Positions 12,951 to 27,689 of a stretch of DNA of 64,000 bases are shown piece by piece. Position 1 is the stretch's first letter; each line of letters begins with the position of its first letter. The notes under the pieces were generated by a model. That model was not told where the DNA came from. It was given only the letters and a program-made list of their open reading frames with translations, and did no database searches. The position numbers and the translations under genes were made by a program. The DNA comes from the human T2T-CHM13v2.0 reference genome, Homo sapiens. The DNA is taken from assembly GCF_009914755.1 (NCBI RefSeq), contig NC_060942.1. One strand, given 5' to 3'.

Positions 12951-15553
12951 TACTTTTATATCCATAATTATATTAAGTTTACACAGCAATCCATTGAGAA
13001 AAATGTTTCTTTCCTGTGTCGAGATAACTTACTCAATATTGTATGTTTAAAATCTGAATTATTTAGTTGTATTATATGAGTACTATTTTGACTTTCCTTT
13101 CACAGTTCAGAGTCTCTCAAGTATTAAATCAACAGCCAAAAAAAATCAAGTTTCAGTAGAAAATGATTACAACGATGTTATATTCTACTGAAATGAGAAG
13201 AATTTGAATTTGCATTTGCAAGGAGAGATCCAGACTTTGTGTTGATGTAGTTTATATAATTTTTAGTCTTTGTAACCTTCATCAGCTGCAGAGTAAACCC
13301 ATGACTGTGCATCAGAGCTGAACAAGGCTTTCGTTATACTGAACTGACTACATGGTACCCTGAGATGCTGGGAAAAACAGCCAGTGAATTCAGGCGGAAG
13401 CCCATCCATTTGGCAAATAATTGGTTTCTCCAGTGGCGACAGCTGCTCTCCTGCCTTCTGGCTGAAATGTACTGGAAAAAAAATCCCTACAGATGAAGAG
13501 GAGGACAGAAATGTTGGTAATACAGGGGAAATCCAAGAAAATAGGAATCTAAAGCCAAGAGAAAAGCAATTTGTAACAACCCGCTTAGGAAATTGAAACC
13601 CAGATCTTTTTAGGGAAATGCCTGTTGCCTTGTCTTTCTTCAAATGTGTTTTCTACTCTTCCCAAGATAGTTTTTAAAAGTATGTAACCATGAACTATCT
13701 TTCAATAGTGCAGTGTAAGACGGCAAGTTTTCCTGCATTGATTCAATCATGGGTAATTGTTCAGAATGTAGAACGTTCTTTGCAAGAATAAAAGCATCTT
13801 CGTTGATCAGCCTGGCAGCTTGCTTTATCAGCATTTCTATAAAACCGTCATCTATAAAATTTCTCAGAAGCATTTCTTGTAGAACCAATTAGTAATTTGA
13901 ATGAATGACTGAATGAATGCTTTAATGCTATAATATTCATTTTGTTGTCTTGTGTCTATGACAAGGTTATTCTGCAAGCAATAAAATTCACTTATCTAGA
14001 ACTAAGATTTACACCAGAAATTTGTTTTGAAAGTATCTGATTATAAATATTGTTTTCAGATTTTTCAAGGGAGGGTAGACTCTCTTTACCAGGGAGGCCA
14101 CAGTGATTACCTAGAATCAGTGTTCTCTGAATAGGTAAACTAAGACAAAAAGAAACAATCAACAAAAACAGAAGAAACAGGGAATCCCAGTGAAGGAATG
14201 AACACAGGAGACATCCCTTAGGGATTTCTAAAAATATTCAGGTGATATTTAAATGGGGCTAGATGTGCCTCCATTTCAGCAAGTAGGAGCTCTAGAGAAA
14301 GATAATTTATTACTAATATAATCTTAGTATTTAATCTCTCTCTCTAGGGGACAAAGTTGCCTGAAAAATTGTGGTTAATAGGCCCTAATTTCAATTGATG
14401 CCTCAAAGATTTCCATTCTAACCTGTATGCTTAAAACCTTTTCTTCTTTTGGTAGCTATGATTATGCCAGAAACCATAACATTATATATAGAACTGTGAA
14501 TCTTTACTGATAAAGACAGAGTGTGTTTGATATACTCTGATCTTCTTCATAATCTGTAATATAACAAGCTTAAGAACTTAACTATAAAACAAAAAATGTC
14601 ATGAACTAACAGTGAAAAAAAGATAAAACCAATTCCAAGGGAATTTGCCCAAATTTTGAACCTCCCAAAATCATAATTCAGTACCATCAACCCTGACTCT
14701 CAGGTATTGCCCCCAGTCTTTGAAAACCTGACTATACTGCATATTTCAGGAGTAATGAGAGACAAAATAAAGCAATTACAAGTTAACACTGGCACAGGTT
14801 AACAGAGCTTTCCATAAACCATGAAAAATATATAATCAAAACATTTTTAGTTCATCCCATAATTCTGCTAATGAAAACAAAATCTAAATAATCTAACTGA
14901 ATGCCATGTACTTTAATAATATTTGTTTACATTTTATTGATACTTTAAGCAAAATGTCTTTTCAACCAAATTGTTCAACATACTTTTTTCTCATCTCCTA
15001 CTACATTAATTTTATTCTCTTAGGAGCTATAGAGATTTTGGATCCACCTTCATAATAATATTAACAAAAATCATATTGGAATAAAATACCCTTGGACTCT
15101 GACTAATATCTAGAGTTTCTCTCATTATATTTTTCCTAAATTATTGTTTTCCTGTCTGCATTAATGCAAACTCCTTCTTAATAACTTGAAATGGCTTTAG
15201 TAATAAGAATTGCACACACTGGTATGGAAATAGTGTACACTGAAACTTCCCCTAATTAAACTTCTTGAAAGTCTTTTAATTTGTGTTCCAATGAAAGACC
15301 AAGATCAGTAATGCCATTCATCTTCCCATAAGAGATTTGTTCCTATAAGGAGTATCTTGGAAACTTCACCTTCATGTGATAAGTACAAAAGATGAATTTC
15401 ATGAAATTTCTCAAGTCTTAAAAGAATAAAATGTAATAACATAATAGAAAATGAATGGTTTTATTATATAATCTAGAGAACATAAAGCAAGCTAGCCCAA
15501 AAAGAAGCAGAAATAAACAGCAATGATATTAGAGACACACAGCAAAAACCCTG

Positions 15554-15916
15554 TGATATGGTTTGATTGTGTCCCCACCCAAATCTCCTCTTGAATTGTA
15601 ACTCCGATAATACGCACGTGTTGTGCAAGGGACCTGGTGGGCGGTAATTGAATCATGGGGGCAGGGTTTTCCCTTGCTGTTCTTGTGATAGTGAATAAGT
15701 CTCATGAGGTCTGATGGTTTTACAAAGGGGTGTTCTCCTCAATATGCCCTCTGGCCTGCTGCCATGTAAGAAGTGGCTTTGCTCCTCCTTGTTTTCTGCC
15801 ATGATTATGAGGCTTCCTCAGTCATGTGGAACTGTGAGTCAATTAAACCTCTTTCCTTTGTAAATTATCCGGTCTCGGATATGTCTTTATTAGCAGCATG
15901 AGAACAGACTAATACA
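15554..15916 (+). mobile_element. THE1B solo LTR
   Basis: tgatatggtttg...agaacagactaataca, 363 bp; TSD ccctg/tcctg; flanks (to ~16020) resemble an older MLT1 3' end. Confidence 0.92.
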
Positions 15917-16388
15917 TCCTGATAAAACTGTACCTGAAGCCTGATACACCTCTCAATATTTCAGTTTCAAGAGACAATAAAGCCCGTTTTTCTGATTTGA
16001 GTGTTCTGTTACTTGCTGTGGCAAGCATTCTAAGCCATGCATTCAAACTAACTCTTTAATATTTTCTATTTATTTATAAATTTGGTTACCTTTGAGTAAC
16101 TGGTTGATTAAACGGCATTTAATTGATATCACCACAAATTCTGTGTGTATGTGCAGTGACCATTTACCAATCAGAAATTCTACTAATTACACATTAGTGC
16201 AATAAGCAGTCATTTAACTTTTTTGCTTGAATAAATTCTTTAATGTATTTATTTGATTTAATAAGACAGAAATATACAACTAAAACTTTTTGGTAGGGGT
16301 TAATTTAATTTGTTGGGGGTTAATTTACCTGGCCACAAATGAACAAAAGAGGTTAAAGGCATAAAAGGTGATTGCTATAGAAATGCTA

Positions 16389-16778
<390 letters not shown>

Positions 16779-16804
16779 TTATACCTGGGAGATGATACCC
16801 AATG

Positions 16805-16960
16805 TGGAGAGGACTTGTAAGCCTGTCATGGAGTTGAAATTTATCCTGAAGGCGATGCTGACCTGTTTTAGGAAGTAAATCGGAGGACCGACATAATCAG
16901 ATGCACATTTACTTTTTCAACTCATTCTAGGCACAGTCAAGAGAATGAATTTAAGGCTAT
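16805..16960 (-). mobile_element. L2 fragment
   Basis: ggacttgtaagcc...ggagttgaaatttatcctgaagg...gacataatcagatgcacattt resembles reverse L2. Confidence 0.5.
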
Positions 16961-19074
16961 TGGTTCATCAATGGACAAAGCTGTCAGAAGAAAAGAAAAA
17001 AAAATCATTCCCTTTAAAAACACTGTTTTAAAATCCATCCAAAATTTAACAACAATCATTTATTGAGAGCATAATATACATCAGTCACAGTGAAATATTA
17101 AGATAAACAATAAGACATCCTATGTCAAAATGTGCACTTGATTGAAAATTATCATTTATTTCAATTGTTCTTATAAGTCTCAAGGCAAGGCATGATGCAA
17201 GTGTTGTTATATTTTGGGAACCAGCTTCCATTTCTTGCAACTATTCCTGGACAAATTTGTGCTGATATATTTTAACATTACAAGCCATGTCCTATGTTAT
17301 ATGACACACGAACAATAAAGTTTTGGAGCTGATGGAAATAAATTTTTATTGTAATCATCTAAACCATTCAACAAAGGTGACTTGGCATGTCATAGATGTT
17401 TGACTTTGTTCCATTACGCATAAATAGCAGGATAGTACTGTTAGCAGATGCATTTAGATGGGTTCTAAAATGTATCTTCTTGGTTACAGAAGAAATAAGT
17501 TGTGTAGACAGCAAAATGAAACATTTTTTAAAAAAGGAATAATCAAGTACAGACAAAATCCATATTGATCTCCTTACCTGATAGTCAGCATTGCCATGTG
17601 GAAGTCTGATTCTTACCACCCATGATCCTAGACACCTTTCCATTCCATTGAAGAGTAATCTTGGGCTTTCCTGGGTGGTGCAGTCATCCTCAATATACTT
17701 TTCAGTTGTTAAGAAAGAAGCACCAGAGATGCAAGTGATGAGTGGAAATGACTAGTTTTTGTGGATATAGCACTAGTTATTACAAGTCTTCTTTACCTTT
17801 GAAGGCAAACTGCTCAGTGAATGGGTGATACATATCTTTAGGACATTAGGCATTTCTGTCCTGTTGCTTTTGCTCTTCAAAACATTTAATCATTTCTATA
17901 GGAGGATTTACTCTGTAGGTATTGTCTGAATGAGATATTTCAAAGAAAATCCTGCAATCATTATGACTTTTTACACATGGCATTACATACAACTTGACTT
18001 TCATAGAAGCATGTAGTTTTCACATTAAACAAATGAAAAGTGACAATTAGCTATATCTACCCTTGATCAGTTTTCTAAAAGGTTAAATAATTTCAAAATT
18101 CATAAATTTGTTGGCTATCTTTTGAAATTGAGCATTTAGACCTTAAAAATGGACTTTCCTTGTTCTCCTTTTCTGTTTTCCAAGGGCTAAAATTGTTAAG
18201 CGGTAGATCTCTTTTTGTGACCTTGAGTGGTCATCATCCCATCTAGGATACAAGTCCCAGTGTAGTAGATATACATGGCATTGAAGTCAACTTGCTGAGG
18301 TGGGCTAAGACTGAAATGGATGTAAATCTGATCATTAAAAAGATGTGCAAACACTTTAAACTTCACAAGTAAGTTGTGCAATATTAACCACAGTAGTTAA
18401 CTTGGAAACTTGAAAGCTCATCATGATGGTTCTAAGTCAGTACATCTTTTGCTGATATTTAAATATACCCTTCGGGATATATGAAGTATTCCAGGAGTTC
18501 AAACTCAGGTCACAAGAACATTAATTTCCCTGGGTTTTTATAGAGGTCATATGGTCAGGAAATGGCCAGGATGTTTCAGAACAGAAAATATGTGAATATA
18601 TCTCCTAGATTCAAAGCCACAGCATAATATTACAATTCTAGAAGACCGTAATGGAGTATTTCCGAAGCTGAAGTGCCTAACCCCATAGCTGAACACTTGA
18701 ATTTTATCTGATAGCATTTAACGTAAGCGCTTTCAGGTATAAAACAAATTGGATAGTAGTTAGAGCTAACTAATAAACTTCAACTTGTTTGAAGTTTGCT
18801 GAGCCTAGATTATTTTTTGAGAAACTCATCATTTATAGAGAGCCAGGTTCTGAAAGTAGAAATGAAAAATAAAGCACAACTTATATAAGACTTTGGGAGT
18901 GTCCATTTAGATGTAGACAGTACCTGTATCAGTATCTGTCTTCCTCTATATATCAGCATACAGAAATCTTGATGTCCAATTCTTCTGCCCTTTTGAGACT
19001 TCTTTTCTCCTCTCATGACCTGGTTTTATCACCTGACTCCTTTTGTCCTTACTGAAACTCGTCTCCCAAGTACA

Positions 19075-19330
19075 TTTCACTCCCAAATATTTATTAGTCA
19101 TCTCAGCACTGTTCTAATTGTTGAGGATATAGCCATAAATAAATAGGACTGTGACATCATGTTGTTTTACATGATACGGAGAAACAGAAAACAAATAAAT
19201 AGCCAAGTAAACACATAAATGAAATAAATTTGATTAGTGATATTCAGCTACTGACAATTATTAAAATAATAAAACAGAGCAATTGGCCAAAGAATAACTT
19301 TGCAATACGGGAGAGAAGGAATGATTTTAT
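19075..19330 (-). mobile_element. L2a 3' fragment
   Basis: caaatatttattag...agcactgttctaattgttgaggatatagc...acaaataaat...gattagtgatattcagcta. Confidence 0.55.
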
Positions 19331-19607
19331 AATGTAGGGGTAACATGACATATTTTTTCTTCTGTTCTTTTTCATATTATCTTTTGTGTTTGGTTGCTTT
19401 TCATTGGGCTTGGAAGAGTGCTTCTCACATATTATGCATTAAAGAAAGCTTTATCAATGTATATGGGTAATCAGTATACAAAATTTAAGTTAGATTTTCT
19501 ATGTTATTTTCCTAACCTAAGCAGTACCATGGCATAGAATGCAGCTGTACATACATATATATTAGAGCTTTTTTTTGTTAATTTTCAGGTCTGCTCAAGT
19601 TAGGAAA

Positions 19608-19760
19608 ATAACTTTACCATATATATATAACTTTACCATATATATATATATATATTTACTATAACTATAGTTAGATGTACTATCACTATATTTATGTATA
19701 CCATATATATATAATCAGCTCTACTATATATGTGCGTGTATATATACACATATATATGTT
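19608..19760. repeat. Degenerate (TA)n microsatellite
   Basis: ataactttaccatatatat repeated twice plus several TA runs. Confidence 0.75.
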
Positions 19761-20374
19761 TATGTTCACTCGTTGAAATAAAATACTGTTAAACATTTCG
19801 AGTTTTATCATTTTTTTCTACATAGTTCAAATGAAGGAATAAATGATGGAAAAAGCAATTTTACAAAAAGGAGATATTACGAACTGTACTAAGACAGAGA
19901 AAATGTTTCTCGAATAAGCCTAGCAGTTGGGAACAGTATTGCATTGATGCTTTTACCATCTAAAGTTGAACATCAATATCTGCTGGAGGGTGTAGATGTT
20001 CTATTCAAGAAGAAATTAGCACAGACATCTGAAAACTTGTGACCATAGCAGAGAAATGTAGAAACATAAAATAACATTTAAGTTTCTACAGAAACAATTT
20101 CTGAATTTTAAACAGCCATAACATTTCTAATCTTCCCAAACTTAAGTGTTATTTTATTTGTTTGTTCATTGTATTTATTACATAGTACCATATGTGTTTG
20201 GGGTTCAGAATAGTCAGCGACCTATATGAAACAATAGCAAAGCCTCCACTTTGAAATATTGTCCCAAGTACTCAAGCCTCTCCAAACCATTATTTCTCCC
20301 CTTTCCTCCAAAGAATAGCCACAATGCCCCCCACCCCCAGGTCATAGGTCCGGTCTATAATAAAGTCCATTTGT

Positions 20375-20640
20375 TGAAAAGGTCATATTCTGGTGGTCAG
20401 TGGCCTGCTTTAAATCTTGGCTCTAACCGTTTTTCTTGGGTGGCTTTCAGTAAGCTACTTAAACATGCGTCTATAAGTATTCTCATCCATGTGACCTAAA
20501 GAATAACAGTCCCTAATATCAGTGTGTTGTGAAAATTAAATTAGTTAATGCATATAATGGGCTTGGAGGAGTGCTTTACCCAGAAAACTTTTCCTTATGA
20601 ATATAAGATACTGTTATCATCATTGTCATTATCATTATTA
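20375..20640 (+). mobile_element. MIR, near full length
   Basis: tctggtggtcagtggcctgctttaaatcttggctct...aagctacttaa...gtgttgtgaaaattaaattagttaatgcat follows MIR consensus order. Confidence 0.65.
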
Positions 20641-21793
20641 CTTATTTGGCTTTTATAATCCTGATTGCATTTTATTTTTTAATTTGGTCAGAGCTCAAGT
20701 GGAGAAAAGTGTGTCATTTTCAAGCACCGATATTTAGAGAATGGCCCAGGAAAACTGGAAAATAAGAAAGGAAGTAAAAATTAGAGATTAAACCACAATT
20801 AGGAGATTTTAATAAGGCCAGGGAACATTGGTATTTTGACATTTGCAGTGTGGAGCAGTACCACAGCACAGAATGCAGCTGTATACAATTTGGGTGGAAA
20901 ATGTCCTACAGCCTTCTTTTCCAGCCTTCATATTGACTGAAAGGGGGCTTGATATATGCATTGTTATAGATTCTTTCAGAGCCCATCAGTGAGTGAACTG
21001 GCTACCAGAAGTGCCAAGGAGGTAGGCACAGAATTACCCTGATTTCCATTCCTGGGGGAACTCATTCTTCTTCTTTTTTTTTTTTTTTCTGGATAAATGA
21101 ATAAAATGAGTGGGTTAGGAGAAGAAGAGCCAAAAGATTCCAAAAAGAAAATGTTTCTTTTCAATCCTGATGCTTCCTCAGAGGAAGAGGTTTTTCCTGC
21201 CTCTCAGCTGGCCAGAGTGCTTCTTGAGCACTCTTCCCTGCTCTGTGGGGTACAGAGAGGGGGAAGAGCAGGTGCAGTCACTTCTTTGCAGGCCTTGGCT
21301 CAGGTTTTGATAAACCTGAAGCCTGTTCAATTGTACAGGTCCTCTTAACCAAATTCAAGTGTGCAAATACAAAAGGTTGTACAGAAATGAATATATTCAC
21401 CTTGAGAAAAGAGATTACAACAAACTTCACATCTTAAAAGGCTGATAGTTACCTTAAATATAAAAAAAAATCAAAAAAGGTATAATATTTTTGTCAAATA
21501 ATGGCCCCATACCTCTATAATAACGCCACTCCATTTCCTTGGCTTCATACTCTTTGATCATCCCCTTTTATAAACAACAGTGTGTGATATCATTTTTATA
21601 GACATAATAGAAAATTTTGTCATTCTTCTAGGATATTTAATTATGACACAGATAAAATTTACTTTATGTTGACAGCTAAGAATTATGTGTTTCAACTTTA
21701 CAACTTATAGTATGATGCCATATAAACTTTTAAAATCATTGTTAAATAGGAGAAAGTCTCTGTTTATGTTTCCTTCATAATAGCAGTGTAAGG

Positions 21794-22138
21794 TTTTTTT
21801 ATTTTTTTATTTTTATTTTTTATTTTTTTATTTTTTTATTTTTATTTTTTATTTTTTTGACAGAGTCTCGCTCTGTTGCCCAACATGGAATGCAGTAGCA
21901 TGATCTCAGCTCACTGCAACCTCCACCTCCCAGGTTCAAGCGATTCTCTTGCCTCAACCTCCTGAGTAGCTGGGATTACAGGTGCACACCACCAGGCTCG
22001 GCTAATTTTTGTATTTTTAGTAGAGATGGGTTCTACTCATTTTGGCCAGGCTGGTCTCGAACTCTTGGCCTCAAGTTATCCACCCACTTCAGCCTCCCAA
22101 AGTGTTGGGATTACAGGTGTGAGCCATGGCACCTGGCC
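21794..22138 (-). mobile_element. AluS (Sz/Sx-like) SINE with patterned tail
   Basis: Reverse Alu, long (TTTTTA)n tail; decayed TSD with core agtgtaag at 21785-21792 and 22143-22150. Confidence 0.92.
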
Positions 22139-22729
22139 CAATAGTGTAAGATTTAACATAACTTTCTCCAAGCTAACTTCTGGCTCTACATTTCAAACTC
22201 TTTCTCCTCCAGCTATCCTCATTGGTCCAGCTTTGGATGTCATGGCATGTAACATGACCTCTGATTTTTGCAATATGTCAAGATGCCCAGGGAATTCAGC
22301 ACAGTTACATTCCTCTTTCTGAATGCCTACCACTAACCTAACTATACATGAAAGTGAATCACATACTTAAATTCCAAAAAACTCAAAGTAAATGTATCCT
22401 TAACTCAATATCCCATTGATGAATCCAAAACCAAATCTATACCTATAGCAACCTTACCCAGCACCAGAGTAAGTGTAATTGAGGGAAGTCAGTGTGAAAA
22501 GAGACCTTTGTTGTGTGTAATAGCAGGTAAAATCATTGTTTCTGCAAATTTTACAGAATATGGCTCCATTGATAAGGCCCACACTGCATCTCTCGTAAAT
22601 GTGGGAAGAATAACTTGGGTGCGCTTGTCTAAGTTCTGTCCCTTCTCTCAAGAAAATAACCTAACGAGAGTTCTGCTCTGCTTTTCAACATACTAGTATT
22701 TTGCACATTCATATCTGAAACCCACTACA

Positions 22730-22735
<6 letters not shown>

Positions 22736-22768
<33 letters not shown>
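22736..22768. repeat. (CA)16 microsatellite
   Basis: Perfect CA run. Confidence 0.95.
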
Positions 22769-22770
<2 letters not shown>

Positions 22771-24030
22771 GGAAGCAAATCCAGCCTGTTTTTCAGTCTG
22801 TTTTGCCCATGACTAGTTACATAAGTCTGCCTAGGGCTGGAATTGAGATCTCACATCCTAGAGGAGTTTACATTAGGTTACATAGTTCTATTTAACATTT
22901 GTTAATAAACAGATTGATATCTAGACCTCCAATCTGCCTTACTTGTTTAATTTGTCAAGATGTGTAAGAAAGAAAAAATGTGTTTGTTACAGCTTATCTT
23001 CAGTCATAGTTTCCCCTAGATAAGTTAACGTAATGCAGAATTTGTTGAAGATAATAAACTAGTTATTACTTGGACTTTTGAGTTACTCAGGTTTCTTGTT
23101 AAGGTCTTCATTTATTTCTAATGCTTGTTATTTAATGTGAAAAGACTTTTTCTTATTTGTTTCAGAAGAATATTCTGGAAAAAATCAGTTTTGAACCAAC
23201 AGGATGCCTCTCACATTATTTGGACATCATTCACCATTTACCCAATCGCTTATGAGGCATTTTACATTTTAAAAAACACACTCTATATCAGACCAAACAA
23301 TATTTTTGGGAGAAAAATTATGCTGTATATACAGAAACAGTTTTTGCTTTTCAAATTTGTCTTGGAGCCAGCCCTCTCACAGACACCTGGCTGAGTCCTG
23401 TGGAGACAGGTTGAAATAAGTAAAAATGGAATCGACTTTGACTAAAATTCCGTAGGCTTTCCAAGCCAAACATATATGCTTTAGTAGCTGTTTATTAAAA
23501 TACTAAGGAAAGATGAGAGAACTTCTTTGAGTCTTTCTGATAGAATACAAGATTTTGAACTCAGTAAAATACAAACAAGATAGTGGTATTAAACAGTGAC
23601 AATGGAGTTTTTAGTGGGACGTGGATCAGCTGGAATGACAGTTAAAGTGGACTGATTGAAGCTTTTGAAAAGAGAATTATTAGTATTCATCATTTGGGGG
23701 TGGGAGGATGTGGCTTGAGGTAGAAGTAGACACTATTAAATAGCTCATGATCAGTGGACAAGGCTTCTTATGCACAGAAGACACTCACTGGATCTTTCAG
23801 GGAAAAAAAGGTGTAAGAATTCACAAGTGGAAATTAGAGTCAGCAAATATAGAGTAGTGAGTTTATTATATAATAGACAACTACAGAGATTGCTGATTCA
23901 TCATAACTGGTTCTTCCTATTTTAGGAGCAGATACCTTCAAAATATATTTTCTGCTTAAGGTCAGAGCTCAAACTCTTCTATTACATGTTCTTTCTCCAG
24001 AAGGATATTCTCTCAGTCTGATTACTATGT

Positions 24031-24480
24031 TGGTTTTAGGCAGTTAAGGTTTATAACAAATTACCCTAGACTGGGTGGCTTAAACAACAAACATTTATTT
24101 CTCACATCTCTGGAGGCTGGGAAATCCAAGCTCAAGGTGTCAGCAGATTCAGTGTCTGGTGAGGACTCTCTTTCTGGCTTGCAGATGGCTGTCTTTTCAC
24201 TATGTCCTCATATGGCAGAGAGAGGAGGGGGAGAGAGAGAGAGAGTGGGGGAGAGAGAGAGAAAGAGAGAGAGAGAAAGAGAGAGAGAAAGCAAGTGAGA
24301 GACAGCAGAGGGAAAAAATTCTCCTGTCTCCTCTTATAAGGGCACTAATTCCACTTCATGAGCGCTCCAACCACATGAACTAATTCCCTCCCAAAGGCCA
24401 CACCTCCCAATACTATCAGACTGGAGGTTAAGATTTGGATATATGCATTTTGGGAGGACACAAACATTCAGTCCATAACG
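24031..24480 (-). mobile_element. MLT1A-type solo LTR with internal (GA)n
   Basis: ataacaaattaccctagactgggtggcttaaacaac...ggaggacacaaacattcagtccataac; 5-bp TSD tatgt at 24026-24030 and 24481-24485; GA repeat ~24217-24310. Confidence 0.85.
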
Positions 24481-27400
24481 TATGTCTATCTGAGTCTTTG
24501 AAAAACTGTATAGAAATATCACAGGATATAGATGAATCCGTGAGGATCTGAGATCCAGTCATAAGCAGGATGTCAAGGTCTCGCCTGTGCAATACTCTAA
24601 CCTCTCTATGTCCCCAAAGCCAAACACTGACCCAGAACACAATGGTAGTTTAAGAAATAATTGTTGATTGGGTGAATAAATATAGGTCATAAAGTTATTT
24701 CTAAATTTACCCTTTAATTTCTTCTTATTCATAATGTATACATAGAATACTTAATTTTAACTGTGAATGAATGTTTAAATTAGAATATAATTATGTGTAA
24801 TTTTAGTTAACCGAAGAAACCCTATTGAATGACTCACATACTCAAGGATGAGATACTCAAAAATAGGATCTAACTTTAGAGAAATTGTGAACTAGACAGA
24901 CATTTTTGGCATGCCTCTCCAGTCTTCAGATAGCAAACACTATTTTTCTGGCTTCAGAATATTTTCCATTTGGCATACCTTTTACTTGTCTTTTGTGACC
25001 TTCCTCCAAATTCTGATAAAGTATTTCAAAACATCTTAGTTGTAATTGTGAGCTTATAATAGCTTAAGATATCATCTTCCTACATAGCATATTGGAAACT
25101 TATTTTTAAAAAAGAAAAAATTCCAAGTGATAAAACAATTTGAGTCAAAATGTAAAGGTACTATGACTGCAGTAGATCACATAGCCCAACATCACTTCAA
25201 CAAGTGAGTATGTCTTCCATGTGCTCATTACTACATTGTGAAAATAACCCATTTGAATGGGTAACGTTTTACAGATCTAACAGTGTCTTAGAGTTAGTTA
25301 CTCAGTGGGATTCCGTACATATACTTCATGGTAATTGAACACTGAAAGCTTTAACAATGACAGATAATCACAATCATTCTCTCTTCTATGCTGGGCTAAG
25401 TGTGAATCTTCACACTTGTATAATACTAGGAAATTCTCATAGGTGGGGAGGGGTGTGCAGATAGCTTAATAAAAACATGTAGCTATCTTTTCACTTATTT
25501 TCAATGTTTTACATAGAGCAAAGGTTTCAAGTGTCTGTGATCAGAATGTAACCAAACAAACATCAACTTTTGGCTTTGCTTTTTATTCTCAGTTTTAATG
25601 TGTCATCTGGCTAATTTGGAAAAGTTTTATTAATTTATTTTTCTTTAGGATGTCTACAAATCTTATATTCCTAAAAATGAAAAATTCTGGCAACTCAATA
25701 ATTAACAGATAATGTTTATTGCTTTCTCTGAAGTGTGCCCTACCAAGTGTGGGACATAAATAAAAGATTAGTAAAACGATATCTTCACGATCGCATTAGA
25801 TCCAGGTTTCAATACATGCATTTAGTCGCACTCTAGGGGAAAAAGAAGATTATGTAAGAATATAACGTATAGTATGATAACTCAAAAGTCAATCTTCCCA
25901 TAAATGGTCAATAATGATGACAGTAGTTATAAGTAAGTGTTTCATAAAATGTTGTTTTCCTTCCCATCAAGAATTTCAATCTATTTTATTGGGCAATATA
26001 TTGATAATAACATTGAGTTATATGTTATGTCTACACTGGCAAGAATTTGAAATGACAGTTGTGCTCAGAGGGTAACAAACCCTTGGGAGAATAGAAAGAA
26101 ACATGACTGCATTTTCAGTATATTTGCATATCCTCTAGGGCTTTTTCTATGTGGAATGACGTTTCCTTTGTTATTTTTCTTCTGAGAAAGATATATGATA
26201 TAATAGTTCTGAAAAACTCCTTTCCAAGGAATACCTATAGGAATAAATGTTTCCCAAGAGAGTACACTCACAGAGTCTAGTTACTCTTTTTTATTTATAT
26301 TGGTGTTATGCTATTGTTTATAATCTTTGAATATCAAATCATTGTTATACTGAATTTGAAAATATTTTCTTAACATGTATATTATCCAAATCAGTATCAC
26401 AGGATTATTTTATAGGGATAAGGAAGATCACAAAATGCTGCTTTAATTTGATTGTTAATGTTTATAATCCTTTTATCAAAATTTTATCATTGTTAATTAT
26501 GAGGCCTAAAATACAATATTTTTTCGAAAATATTTTCTTGACTAAAAATCAAATAAATAGCAAAATAATGGAAATCATGCATTTTATTTCAAACAAATCT
26601 TAAAAGTTATCTGATCCCTGAAGTAAGCTGAAAAATAGAAAACTGTAAAGTGGTAAATTTTGTGTGCTGTGTAGATACATTCCACAGAAATAGTCTTAAA
26701 AACAACAACAAAACACACACCTTTATCCACTACCTAATTTGGGCCAAATCTTGTGCCTGTTCATACATTTAAACCATTTAAAAGATGATGTTTCATATAT
26801 ATATTTTTTAAATGACAGAAGAAAAACTTAGTAGATAGCTGAGCTGGATATCTCTTTGACCATCTGTGTTATGTATTGTGTGTGTGACTTTTCCCATACC
26901 CAGCTTATATTTTCATAATTGGTCTCTAATCTAAATACCAAATGATCAACTATGAATGCCAGCTTGACTGGGACAAGAATTACAAGCATATGTACGGTAC
27001 CTCAGGTTATTACTGTCAGAACACTGCAAAAATATGTTTGCCACTCTTGTATATAATTACACCCTGGATTCATTATAACTGGTAATAATGCAGTCTTTTA
27101 TTCAAATCAGGATTTCTCTGGATCCAGTGTAAATGTTTCTCTGCTATATTAAGTCATTCACAACATAGATGACACCACTGAAGGTTGTTTAGGAACAATT
27201 GCAACAGAACTGGCAAATTCAATATCATGGGAGAGTCGAATGATGGGCTGAGAAAGGAAAATATGTTCAGCAGCTTTACCTGTTAGAGAGAAAACTCACC
27301 CAAAGGTTTTCCTATTTTTCTTCCATATACCATGGTTTGTTTGCAGTGGATGTCTAATATGTTGATATTCTTTATCTCCGTGATCATTGGTTTTAACAAT

Positions 27401-27689
27401 GATTGTGGAACAACAATAAACAAAAGCTTATACCATCCAGATTTTGACAGAATTGCTTTGGCTGGGGTTGTTCAGGATAGAATGGGATACTAAAGAGATG
27501 GTATTTTTATCTGTAATTTTAATAATTTACTGTGGCCAATTTCAAGGTGACAGAGAATATTAAGTTACAGACTCTGCTGATGATAGACTACCCTATGACT
27601 TAATCCATATTTGGATCTATTTCTAGGTTGTGTTTATTTTTTGTTACTTTGGGTTAACTCGCATCTTCTCAGGATTGGCTCACCCTTAC

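Noticed and set aside
17573-17760. Minus-strand consensus donor CAG/gtaagg
   Set aside because: No matching acceptor found; isolated donors are common by chance
23145-23260. Plus-strand acceptor ttttcttatttgtttcag followed by an exon-like stretch
   Set aside because: No nearby convincing donor and no recognisable peptide
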